From: Gemmatimonadota bacterium
GTDB taxonomy: Bacteria > Gemmatimonadota > Gemmatimonadetes > Gemmatimonadales > Gemmatimonadaceae
Assembly (NCBI GenBank): GCA_046732835.1
Contig: JBKPNY010000122.1
Coordinates: forward strand, 14,004 to 78,003
DNA length: 64,000 nucleotides
Reading direction: 5' to 3'
Positions 26,996 to 35,732 of this stretch are shown here, piece by piece. The notes under the pieces were generated by a model. The model made no database searches. It saw only the letters and a program-made list of their open reading frames with translations, and was not told where the DNA came from. How positions within the stretch are numbered: the first letter of the stretch is position 1; every line of letters starts with the position of its first letter. The translations under genes were made by a program, and so were the position numbers.

Positions 26996-28081
26996 ATGAG
27001 AATCCGCAAAAGAATCTGGGCGGGCATCGCGCTCGTGCTTGTCGCCGCGATCATTCTTTCCCCCACCGGTTGCTACCTCAGTCGCGGCGCGTGGGAGGAA
27101 GGAAAGATTCTGGCGCGTCGCCAGCCTATCGCGGACCTTGTCGCAAGCAAGCGCACAGATCCGGTTGTGAGACGCAAGCTCGCAATCGTTCTCGCGGCGA
27201 GGCAGTACGCGAAGGATTCGATTCGCCTCAAGACGGAAGAAAGCTTCACCACTTACTCGCAGCTCGACCGGGATACTCTCGTCCTCGTTCTCTCGGCTGC
27301 ATACCGTGACAAGCTCGAGGCTTACACGTGGTGGTTCCCGATTGTCGGACGTGTTCCGTACAAGGGATTCTTCGATTTCGACGATGCGAAAAAAGCGGCG
27401 AAATCGTTATACGATGAAGGATACGATGTTGCGTTGAGGCCGTCTTCTGCATTCAGCACGCTTGGGTGGTTCAATGATCCGCTCACGAGCACCACACTTT
27501 CGCGCGACAGTCTCGACCTGGTGAACACGGTCATTCACGAGGTGACTCATAACACGTTCTACGCACCGGGGCAGGCTGTCTTCAACGAATCCTTCGCCAG
27601 CTTCGTGGGAGCAAGAGGGGCGGCGGCATTCTTTCTGTCACGTGGTCAGCCAGAGGCTGCAGCGCACGTCGACGCTGAATGGGAAGACGACAAAGTGCTC
27701 GGAGATTTCTGGACCCGGCTCGCTGCGTCACTCGACTCGGCGTATGGTGAGCACCCGGACAGCAAGCCCGCGAGAATCGAAGCGCGAGATACGGTTTATG
27801 CGCGAGCGCGCCGAACGCTTGTAAGTGACATCGGGCCCATGCTCAAGACAATCAGTCCGTTTTACGTACAGCGTGTGCCGCTCGATAACGCGTCGCTTCT
27901 TGCGAGGCGGGTTTACGCAAAGGATCTGGACTTGTTCGATCAGGTCTTCGCGCGCGAGGGAAGGAACCTGCGCCGAACCATCGGCAGGGTTATCGCGCTC
28001 GCCAAATCGGACAAAAAAAATCCGTACGGCGCGCTGCGGCGCTGGCTCGGGTTGCCACTTGAGCCGTCCGCCGCTCATTAG
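26996..28081 (+). CDS. Predicted zinc aminopeptidase (COG4324 / 'Aminopep' family-like)
   Basis: There is an N-terminal membrane anchor or signal (IWAGIALVLVAAIILSPTGC). WWFPIVGRVPYKGFFD, AFSTLGWFNDPL and the HExxH motif VIHEVTHNTF match my memory of this family. Confidence 0.55.
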   Translation: MRIRKRIWAGIALVLVAAIILSPTGCYLSRGAWEEGKILARRQPIADLVASKRTDPVVRRKLAIVLAARQYAKDSIRLKTEESFTTYSQLDRDTLVLVLSAAYRDKLEAYTWWFPIVGRVPYKGFFDFDDAKKAAKSLYDEGYDVALRPSSAFSTLGWFNDPLTSTTLSRDSLDLVNTVIHEVTHNTFYAPGQAVFNESFASFVGARGAAAFFLSRGQPEAAAHVDAEWEDDKVLGDFWTRLAASLDSAYGEHPDSKPARIEARDTVYARARRTLVSDIGPMLKTISPFYVQRVPLDNASLLARRVYAKDLDLFDQVFAREGRNLRRTIGRVIALAKSDKKNPYGALRRWLGLPLEPSAAH

Positions 28082-28424
28082 GATACACTTACCGTACCCT
28101 TTCCTTACAATCTCTTGACGAATTGGCGCGAGTAAGCAATCTTCGCGCTAACTAAGCGGGTCTGCTACCTCTCCGGTCGGTTTCGTTTGTCGGAGGTTGG
28201 GACCAGCCGCATGCTGTTGCGCCGACACGGGTCGTAGCGTGACAGTCGGGTAGCAGGGGACATCAAATAGTCCTCGCCCGCCTAGCAGAGGGGCTGTTGC
28301 CGCACGCTGGGATTCTCACAAAACCGAACCACACTCTCGCCTTAAAAGCGGCGCTTTGCCGTTGTTATGGGACGCCAGACAAATCGCCGGCGCCAGTATC
28401 CATGCACCCGTGTGAGGAGGAAAC

Positions 28425-31400
28425 ATGCGCAAAAGCAAGTTTGGACTGAGGGCTCTCTCCCTGTTTTGGCTGATGGTTCTCGCGGTGATGATGGCAGCGC
28501 CGTCGGCAAAGGCTCAAACAGCCGCCATCAACGGTCGGGTGGTTGATGCCGTGTCGGGCTCACCTATTAATGGAGCTCAGGTCTTGATCGTCGGGACCAC
28601 TCGGGGAGCAGCAGCTGGCAACGACGGCCGGTTTCGAATCGCTGGAGTAAGGGCGGGGACGTACCAGCTGCGGGTCGCGAGGATCGGCTACAAAGCGGTG
28701 ACGCAAACTGTCACGCTCGGCGGGACTGACCTCAGTGGAATCGAATTCTCACTCGCCCCTGTCGCTGTAACACTCGATCAGGTAGTGACCACGGCCACTG
28801 GCGAAACCACTCGCAAGCGTGAGCAGGGAAATGTGGTCGGGACTCTGACGCCGGAGCCGGCGAAGCTGGCGTCTGCGGGAAACGTGACGCAGCTGCTCAC
28901 CGGACGGATCCCCGGCCTCGATGTAGCTACCACCGGCGGAACGATCGGCTCGAGTGCAAGGCTTCGCATCCGTGGCGCCAGCTCTCTCTCACTGTCGAAT
29001 GATCCTTTGCTGATTATCGATGGAATTCGCGTCGACAACAGCTCCGCATCATCGACAATTGGCGTGGGTGGCCAGACGCCGTCGCGATTCAATGACATCA
29101 ACTCGGAAGACATCGAGAAAGTCGATGTCCTAAAGGGTCCGGCTGCAGGGGCACTTTACGGGACTGCTGCGGCCAATGGTGTTATTCAGATCACGACCAA
29201 GCGGGGCCGCGTGGGTAAGACGCGATTCACGGCGTTCAGCGAGTATGGCACGATCAAGGATCACACGAAGTTCCCCTTGAATTTTGCGCAAATCGGAAGA
29301 ACGACAGCTGGCGCACGCACGACGAATTGCAATCTCGATAACCAGACCCGGAATCTCTGCACGCCTTTGCTGGATTCGCTGGTGAGCTACAGCCCGCTGG
29401 TTTCATATAACCCATTCATTACAGGACAACGCGACGCATTCGGATTGAGCGCCATCGGCGGAAACGATCGGGTCACGTACTATGTCGGTGGGAACTATGA
29501 TCGGCAGCAGGGTGTGTTCGACGCGAACAACGATCAGCGCGCAGGCGGACGCCTGAACCTGAGTGCGCAGCTGCGCGACAACTGGGACATACAGATTGGA
29601 AGCAACTACCTGGCCGATCACCTCAGGCTTCCGCAGAACGACAACAACATTCTCGGAATCGTCTCGTCGGGAATACTGGGCAGCGCGTTTGACGATTCGA
29701 TACCGGGTAAGGCATGTCCGGCTCCTGGATGTTCGCACGGCTATTTGAATGGACAGATTCCGCAGGTGCTCGAGAGAGTCTGGTTCACGCGGCAGGACAT
29801 TCAGCGGTTCCAGAACAACATCACGAGCAACTATCAGCCGCTGCGCTGGTTAAGGGCGACGGGAACATTCGGCCTCGATTATCTGGGCAGACATGACAAC
29901 GAGATAATTCCTCCAGCTTCTGTTTTCTTCGGTGCGTTGCCTGATGGCCAGAGATCGTCCAACCCTTACTCGATCTACACCTACACTGCGCAGGGCAACC
30001 TCGTAGGGACATGGACGCCCTTGCCGGCGATTTCGTCGACGACAACGGCCGGCTTTGGATTCACGAAGGCGCTGGTTCGCGGAACGCAGGCGTTCGGCGC
30101 GAAGCTTTTGGGCGGAACCTCCTCGCTTGCAGGTGCGACCGCGCGCTTTGCAGTCAACGAGGTGAACACGGACAACAAGACTCTTGGATACTTCGCATCG
30201 GAGGAAATTGGCTGGCGGGATCGCGTTTTCGTCAACGGTGCCCTAAGAAACGACAAAAACAGCGCGTTCGGCCAGGACTTCGGCTCCATCACCTATCCCT
30301 CGGTTGGTGCATCGTGGGTGGTCAGTGAAGAAGGGTTCTTCCCGAAAACCGACGTTGTAACATCGCTGAGACTTCGCGCAGCGAACGGCCGGTCGGGAAG
30401 ACAGCCGAACTTCCGTGACGCTATCACGTTCTTCAATGCGACTACGGTAACGGTGAGCAACGCCGACGTCCCGGGGATCGCAATCGGTGGAACGGGCAAC
30501 ATCGCGCTGAAGCCGGAGCGTTCGACCGAAACAGAGTTTGGCGCCGATCTGGGTCTCATCAAGCATCGCGTGAATTTCGAATACACGCACTACAGCAAGA
30601 AGACGAACGATCTGCTTATCGCTGTTCCGCTTCCACCGTCTCTCGGTCTCAGCACCAGCCAGTTCCAGAACCTGGGCGAAGTGACCAACAAGGGCAATGA
30701 ATTCACTCTCGACGCGAACGTCATCGATACTGATCCGATTTCCTTCAGGCTCATTGGCACGGCATCGAGCAATTCCAACAAGCTGATTTCGATGGGACTC
30801 ATTCCCGGATCGACGACACCGGTTCCGCCCATCACGGTCAACACGCAGCAGAAGCACGTCGCCGGGTTCCCGCTTGGCAGCTACTGGCAGAAGTCGATCA
30901 CTTTCGCGGACGCCAACAACGACTCGATTATCGCGCGCAGCGAGATCAAGCTAAGTGACACCGCAGTTTATCTCGGTAACCCGCTGCCGAAGCGGGAGAT
31001 GTCGATCTCGCCCACCGTAACCGTAATGAAATATCTCAGAGTTTCGGCGCTGATCGACCGGAAAACCGGATACAAGCTCTTCAACAACACGCGCCGCTTC
31101 CACTGCAGCTTCAGCACGTGCGAGGAGTCGTTTGTTAAGCAGCGCTCGCTTGCGGATCAGGCGGCGGCTGTCGCAATCGCGTTGGGCACAGATGCGGGAT
31201 ACATCGAGGACGCGGACTTCACCAAGCTGCGTGAGATGTCATTTACAATTCTCGCACCCGAGGCGTTCGCGCATCGGCTGGGCCTGCAGAATCTCGACTT
31301 CACGATTGCAGGAAGAAACCTGCACACGTGGACGAAGTACACCGGCTTCGATCCTGAAGTGAATTCCGTGGCGGGCTCGAACTTCAGCACGTCGGAATTT

Positions 31401-31454
31401 CTCACGCTCCCGCCCTCACGAACGTGGACGGGTCGCATCAACGTCACCTTTTAA
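28425..31454 (+). CDS. SusC/RagA-type TonB-dependent outer-membrane transporter (pair 4)
   Basis: The ATG is preceded by gaggagg. The signal peptide is ...MMAAPSAKA/QT. The protein has a carboxypeptidase-regulatory-like domain (INGRVVDAVSGSPINGAQV...NDGRFRIAGVRAGTYQLRVARIGY), a Plug domain (VLKGPAAGALYGTAAANGVIQITTKRG), a barrel and a terminal ...GRINVTF. Confidence 0.9.
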   Translation: MRKSKFGLRALSLFWLMVLAVMMAAPSAKAQTAAINGRVVDAVSGSPINGAQVLIVGTTRGAAAGNDGRFRIAGVRAGTYQLRVARIGYKAVTQTVTLGGTDLSGIEFSLAPVAVTLDQVVTTATGETTRKREQGNVVGTLTPEPAKLASAGNVTQLLTGRIPGLDVATTGGTIGSSARLRIRGASSLSLSNDPLLIIDGIRVDNSSASSTIGVGGQTPSRFNDINSEDIEKVDVLKGPAAGALYGTAAANGVIQITTKRGRVGKTRFTAFSEYGTIKDHTKFPLNFAQIGRTTAGARTTNCNLDNQTRNLCTPLLDSLVSYSPLVSYNPFITGQRDAFGLSAIGGNDRVTYYVGGNYDRQQGVFDANNDQRAGGRLNLSAQLRDNWDIQIGSNYLADHLRLPQNDNNILGIVSSGILGSAFDDSIPGKACPAPGCSHGYLNGQIPQVLERVWFTRQDIQRFQNNITSNYQPLRWLRATGTFGLDYLGRHDNEIIPPASVFFGALPDGQRSSNPYSIYTYTAQGNLVGTWTPLPAISSTTTAGFGFTKALVRGTQAFGAKLLGGTSSLAGATARFAVNEVNTDNKTLGYFASEEIGWRDRVFVNGALRNDKNSAFGQDFGSITYPSVGASWVVSEEGFFPKTDVVTSLRLRAANGRSGRQPNFRDAITFFNATTVTVSNADVPGIAIGGTGNIALKPERSTETEFGADLGLIKHRVNFEYTHYSKKTNDLLIAVPLPPSLGLSTSQFQNLGEVTNKGNEFTLDANVIDTDPISFRLIGTASSNSNKLISMGLIPGSTTPVPPITVNTQQKHVAGFPLGSYWQKSITFADANNDSIIARSEIKLSDTAVYLGNPLPKREMSISPTVTVMKYLRVSALIDRKTGYKLFNNTRRFHCSFSTCEESFVKQRSLADQAAAVAIALGTDAGYIEDADFTKLREMSFTILAPEAFAHRLGLQNLDFTIAGRNLHTWTKYTGFDPEVNSVAGSNFSTSEFLTLPPSRTWTGRINVTF

Positions 31455-31471
31455 CCGTACCGACGGAGGCA

Positions 31472-32893
31472 ATGATGACAAGAACATATTTCGCCCGTCG
31501 GCGCACGGGCTTCGTCTCACTCGCGGTCTTCGCCGCGCTCACCACAGTGACGTCGTGTGACAGTAAAGAGATCCTCAGCGTTACTGACCCGGATGTTGCG
31601 AGACCGGCTTCACTGGATGATCGATCGGCGCTGCCCGCACTTCGCGCTGGCGCAATCGGCTCCTTCGGCACCGCCTTCAACGGGCAGAATTCCGACGAAG
31701 AACAGGTGCATTTGTCTGCTTCACTTGGAGACGAGTTCATCAACACCGAAACTTTCCCCACACGCATCGAGTTCGATCAAAGAGCCCAGACAATCGGCAA
31801 CACGAGCCTTGTAGGAACGTTCCTCGATCTCAATCGCGCGCGTGGTCTGGCGCAACGCTCTATTGCCGGAATTCAGAAGCTCGCTATCAACTCGGCTGAC
31901 AGTGCTGGGTTACCTGAGGTGCTGGCGCTCAATGGCCTGGCGTATGTTCTCTTTGCGGAGAACTATTGTGGCGCAGTTCCCCTCAGCGTAGTGAACGATG
32001 ATGGCTCGTTTACTTACGGTGCCGCACTTACGACGGTCCAGCAGCTCGACAGCGCAACCTCGAAGTTCAACCAGGCACTGGCGGTGCAGGGAGCCAATCT
32101 TACGTCGGCTTTCAAGCAGCTCGCTCAGATTGGCAAGGGGCGCGCGTTGCTCGATAAGGGTGATTACGCCGGCGCCGCCGCTGCCGTCGCCGGTGTGTCT
32201 ACGACGTTCCAGTACATCTACCAGCACTCGGAGACAACGGGCGCTCAGAACAACGGAACATGGGCACTCACCACCAACGTCGGCCGTTTCGGAGTGGCGG
32301 ATCGGAAAGGCGGAAATGGACTTCCTTACCAGACGGATGGAGATACCAAGAACGCCGGCTTCGATCCGCGCGTCGCAAATGCCATTCGCCCGAACAATGG
32401 CGGTCGCGGATTCGATAATGGAATTCCCGGTGGTGAGTTCCAGTTCGTGCAACAGAAGTATCCAATCCGTGCAGCTCCCTCGATCATTGCTGATGGCGTT
32501 GAGGCGCGACTGATCGAAGCGGAAGCCGCACTTCAGACCAATCCTGACGCTGCACTGGTGATACTCAACGCCTTGAGAAGCAACTCAGCTCTCCTGGCAC
32601 TGCGGGGGTATGCCGCCAATTCACTTCCGCCGCTCACACTGCAGGCGACCAAGGCCGCTCAGGTCGACCAGTTATTCAAGGAGAGGGCGTACTGGTTGTT
32701 CCTGACGTCTCACCGGCTTGGTGATATGCGGCGATTGATTCGTCAATACAACAGGCCAGCCAATACCGTTTTTCCGACGGGTGCTTACTTCAAAGGCGGT
32801 ACGTACGGAACTGATGTGAGCTCGCCCGTGCCACAGCGGGAACAGAACAACCCGAGCTACGATCCGTCTGCCTGCAAGCTCGATCAGGCGTAG
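31472..32893 (+). CDS. SusD/RagB-type outer-membrane lipoprotein (pair 4)
   Basis: The ATG at 31472 is preceded by ggagg and gives MMTRTYFARRRTGFVSLAVFAALTTVTSC (lipobox). VEARLIEAEAAL...LNALRSN is a SusD-like pattern. The 31424 start of the ORF track overlaps the SusC end. Confidence 0.7.
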   Translation: MMTRTYFARRRTGFVSLAVFAALTTVTSCDSKEILSVTDPDVARPASLDDRSALPALRAGAIGSFGTAFNGQNSDEEQVHLSASLGDEFINTETFPTRIEFDQRAQTIGNTSLVGTFLDLNRARGLAQRSIAGIQKLAINSADSAGLPEVLALNGLAYVLFAENYCGAVPLSVVNDDGSFTYGAALTTVQQLDSATSKFNQALAVQGANLTSAFKQLAQIGKGRALLDKGDYAGAAAAVAGVSTTFQYIYQHSETTGAQNNGTWALTTNVGRFGVADRKGGNGLPYQTDGDTKNAGFDPRVANAIRPNNGGRGFDNGIPGGEFQFVQQKYPIRAAPSIIADGVEARLIEAEAALQTNPDAALVILNALRSNSALLALRGYAANSLPPLTLQATKAAQVDQLFKERAYWLFLTSHRLGDMRRLIRQYNRPANTVFPTGAYFKGGTYGTDVSSPVPQREQNNPSYDPSACKLDQA

Positions 32894-32909
32894 GCCGACT
32901 CCGGACAGG

Positions 32910-32946
32910 AAGGGCGCCCGCTGCCTGGGCGCCCTTTTTTCTTTTG
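32910..32946. terminator. Bidirectional terminator between SusD (pair 4) and the P3 gene
   Basis: Stem aagggcgccc / gggcgccctt with loop gctgcct, followed by ttttcttttg. It lies between convergent stops at 32893 and 32949. Confidence 0.8.
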
Positions 32947-32948
32947 AG

Positions 32949-33395
32949 TCAGTGTGAGCGGGAATAGATGTAGATCACGCCGGCCGATGCGTTGGTTCCT
33001 TCCTTGTTCGTCCCGCGACTACCGCCTTGTATTTCGATCCTGTCTATGGATCCAGGCGGCATTGTTTGCAGCAGCTCCAGTGTATTGAGTCTGGTTCCGT
33101 CCAGAAGAACGAGCGCCTGTTCGGAGCTTCCCACCGAGATGCTGCTTTTTCCACGGTGACCGGTAATTGAGATAGCGCGTCCAGACTTGTCTTCCAGATA
33201 GCTGTAGCGTGGAACGAGATGTCGAAGAAGATCCCAGACATTCGCTGCGTGGTCGGAATCGATCTTGTCGCCGGTTATCAGCTCATCGCCGTAGCCGTTC
33301 CTGCTACCGACGGCAGGAGTTCGCGGCGACGAGGCACAGGCTGCTGCCGCGAGCAGAATAGCTGCAAGCCGAACGGCATGCCGCACTCGACGCAT
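32949..33395 (-). CDS. Small stand-alone TonB-receptor Plug-domain lipoprotein, paralog P3
   Basis: The N-terminus is MRRVRHAVRLAAILLAAAAC (lipobox). The Plug-like body is LITGDKIDSDHAANVWDLLRHLVP...LVLLDGTRLNTLELLQTMPPGSIDRIEIQGG...AGVIYIYSR. Confidence 0.55.
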   Translation of the reverse strand: MRRVRHAVRLAAILLAAAACASSPRTPAVGSRNGYGDELITGDKIDSDHAANVWDLLRHLVPRYSYLEDKSGRAISITGHRGKSSISVGSSEQALVLLDGTRLNTLELLQTMPPGSIDRIEIQGGSRGTNKEGTNASAGVIYIYSRSH

Positions 33396-33442
33396 TTGCC
33401 TCCCGAAGTTGCACCAATAATATGAGTGTGTCCGGTATGTCG

Positions 33443-35524
33443 CTATGTTCCGAAACGTCCTCGCAGTAGTGCCCTCAAGTCGAGCAGAGGAGAAGGGGAT
33501 TCAGCGGGCTTCTGCGGTTCAGGAGCACCGACGGCAATTCTCTCCATTCTGTCGCGCACGCCGCGATCTATGAATCGTGACAGCTGATCGAGTGTGTACT
33601 CCGACCCGCGTCTCGTTGAATACGCGTTGAGTGGATAGGTGACGCTCAAGTAATTCTTTGCGCGCGTCATTGCGACGTACATGAGACGCCTCTCCTCATC
33701 AGTCTCTTCGTCGCTGTTGAGACATCGGGCTGATGGAAACCATCCATCGACTGCCCAGATCACGAACACCGCTTCCCATTCTTTTCCTTTTGCAGAGTGC
33801 GCGGTGCTCAGGACGAGACAGTCTTCATCTTCTTTTGATGATCCGCCGGGAAGATCCTGAGATGCCTGAGGTGGCTCTAGTGCCAGTGCCGACAGGAAAG
33901 TAGCGCGATCGGGATATCCGGCAGCAATCACCTGCAGCTGATCGAGATCGGCGATGCGCGGCTCGGGCTTGTCGTATTTCTCACGAAGAATGTTGTCGTA
34001 CAGCATGCGCACGCGTGAGATGTCGGCCGTAACCTTAGCTTGATCTGTGGAGACACCGGAGCGCAGATCATCGAGAAGTCCAACTAGCGCCTGATGTGCT
34101 CCGCGCGCCCGTGCGGGAGGAGTGTAGCGTCCAAACGCGTACGAATCCCAGGCTGCGCTCGCCATCGATTCGATCGCAGACCGTGCAGTCGAATCTCCAA
34201 TTCCAGGCAGAAGCAGAAGGATGCGGTACCAGCTCACTTCATCCCGCGGATTTTCCAGAATCCTCAGGAACGCCAGCACATCCTTCACGTGCGCCGCTTC
34301 GAGGAATTTGAGACCGCCCCATTTCTCGAATGGAATCTTTCGATTCGTCAGCTCGATCTCGAGATCCGCCGACATGTAGCCGGCTCGAAACAGCACCGAG
34401 ATCTCCCGCAGTGGAATTCCTTCCTCGTGAAGCTCGAGAATTCGATCGACTACGAACTGCGTCTGCTGCTGTTCATCCCGCGCTGACACGAGCCACGGCC
34501 TTTCACCGCCGACTCGCTCGGTCCAGAGATTCTTTGTGAACCTCTCGCTTGCGCGCGAGATCATTGTATTTGTCGCGTCGAGAATTTCCGGAGTCGATCG
34601 ATAGTTCTGCTCGAGAGTGACGATCGTCGCGCCCTCGAACTGCTTCGGGAAGCCGAGGATGTTGCGGAAGTTCGCGCCGCGAAAGGAATAGATGCTCTGT
34701 GCATCATCGCCAACGACGCTCAAGTTCGCATGCGTGCGACACATTCCGCGAAGTATGCGAGCCTGGAGAACGTTGGTGTCCTGATACTCGTCCACCAGAA
34801 TGTGGTCGTAGAGTCCTGAGATCTTTGCCGCGAGCTCGGGCGATGCCTCGAGCATCAATGCCCAGAAAAGAAGGAGATCATCGTAGTCGACGAGATTTCT
34901 TTCCTGCTTTCTCGCGGTGTAGTCTGCGAAGATCTTTCCGAAATCCTCGAGATACTCGATGAACTGCGGATACTCGTCACGGATTATGTCGTCGACAGTG
35001 AATCCGGTGTTGATGTGGCGCGAGTAGACGTACTGCAGCGTCTCCTTCTTCGGAAACCGCTTTGATTTCTGGGCATAGCCAAGCTGTGATCGCGACAGCT
35101 GCATCAGATCGGCAGCGTCTCCCTGGTCCATGATCGTGAAATCTTTTGCGAGTCCAGCCGCGGGACCAAATCTTCGAAGCAGCCGATGCGCTGTGGCGTG
35201 AAATGTTCCGCCATGGACTTTTCGACTTGTTGCCCCGACCAGCTTCTCCGCGCGGCCAAGCATTTCCTGCGCTGCGCGCCTGGTGAAGGTCAGCAGAAGA
35301 ATTCGCTCGGGTTTGATCCCTTTTTCGATAAGATGGGCGACCCGATAGACGAGTGTGCGCGTCTTGCCGGTGCCTGCTCCGGCGATGATGAGAAGCGGAC
35401 CGTCTTCGTGAGTTGCCGCTGCTGCCTGCTGGGGATTCAGCTCGGCTGCGAAGTCTCGCTTTTGGGCGGGATCAACAATCCTTTCCCGGGCTGGATAGAC
35501 CCGGGTTTCGGCTGCTTCGGTCAT
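33443..35524 (-). CDS. uvrD: ATP-dependent DNA helicase, UvrD/PcrA/Rep family
   Basis: LNPQQAAAATHEDGPLLIIAGAGTGKTRTLVYRVAHLI contains the Walker A motif. ILVDEYQDTN, VGDDAQSIYSFRGA, YRS, TAHSAKGKEWEAVF and MYVAMTRAK are the SF1 UvrD motifs in the canonical order. Confidence 0.9.
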   Translation of the reverse strand: MTEAAETRVYPARERIVDPAQKRDFAAELNPQQAAAATHEDGPLLIIAGAGTGKTRTLVYRVAHLIEKGIKPERILLLTFTRRAAQEMLGRAEKLVGATSRKVHGGTFHATAHRLLRRFGPAAGLAKDFTIMDQGDAADLMQLSRSQLGYAQKSKRFPKKETLQYVYSRHINTGFTVDDIIRDEYPQFIEYLEDFGKIFADYTARKQERNLVDYDDLLLFWALMLEASPELAAKISGLYDHILVDEYQDTNVLQARILRGMCRTHANLSVVGDDAQSIYSFRGANFRNILGFPKQFEGATIVTLEQNYRSTPEILDATNTMISRASERFTKNLWTERVGGERPWLVSARDEQQQTQFVVDRILELHEEGIPLREISVLFRAGYMSADLEIELTNRKIPFEKWGGLKFLEAAHVKDVLAFLRILENPRDEVSWYRILLLLPGIGDSTARSAIESMASAAWDSYAFGRYTPPARARGAHQALVGLLDDLRSGVSTDQAKVTADISRVRMLYDNILREKYDKPEPRIADLDQLQVIAAGYPDRATFLSALALEPPQASQDLPGGSSKEDEDCLVLSTAHSAKGKEWEAVFVIWAVDGWFPSARCLNSDEETDEERRLMYVAMTRAKNYLSVTYPLNAYSTRRGSEYTLDQLSRFIDRGVRDRMERIAVGAPEPQKPAESPSPLLDLRALLRGRFGT

Positions 35525-35573
35525 CTCGGTTGAATATATGCTCGGTTCCCGAAAACTTCCCGAACCTTTTTCA

Positions 35574-35732
35574 CTGCGGACAACAGCAACTGAACTCCGC
35601 GGCCGGCGTCCCGGTGAACGCCGCCCGCATACCGCTAATGACGGTTGAGTTGAATGTTTTTTCTGGTTGAGCTGGAAGCGGGAAGCGTTAAGCGGGTCGC
35701 TGGCCGCGGAGTTCAGTTGCTTTTGTCCGCAG
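35574..35732. repeat. 31-bp inverted repeat (30/31 matches) with a 97-bp spacer, spanning the lipB stop and the uvrD upstream region
   Basis: The left arm is ctgcggacaacagcaactgaactccgcggcc (35574-35604). The right arm is ggccgcggagttcagttgcttttgtccgcag (35702-35732). The reverse complement of the right arm differs from the left arm at one position. The right arm includes the last 6 codons and the stop of lipB. Confidence 0.9.

Noticed and set aside
20137-28110. Shared short strings between SusC leaders (TTCCTTACA in the 20.1-kb and 28.1-kb leaders) and recurring AGTAAG next to hairpins, considered as a common promoter or terminator motif.
   Set aside because: A rough expectation shows that matches of 9-12 nt between regions of this size, and dozens of copies of any hexamer in 128 kb of two-stranded sequence, arise by chance. 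They are not reported as motifs.
28082-28424. Cobalamin or TPP riboswitch in front of the TonB-dependent receptor gene.
   Set aside because: I could not find the B12-box-like core, the TPP ctgaga/…cctgatctggataatgcc-type elements, or any other riboswitch core I know. It is kept only as an unclassified long leader.
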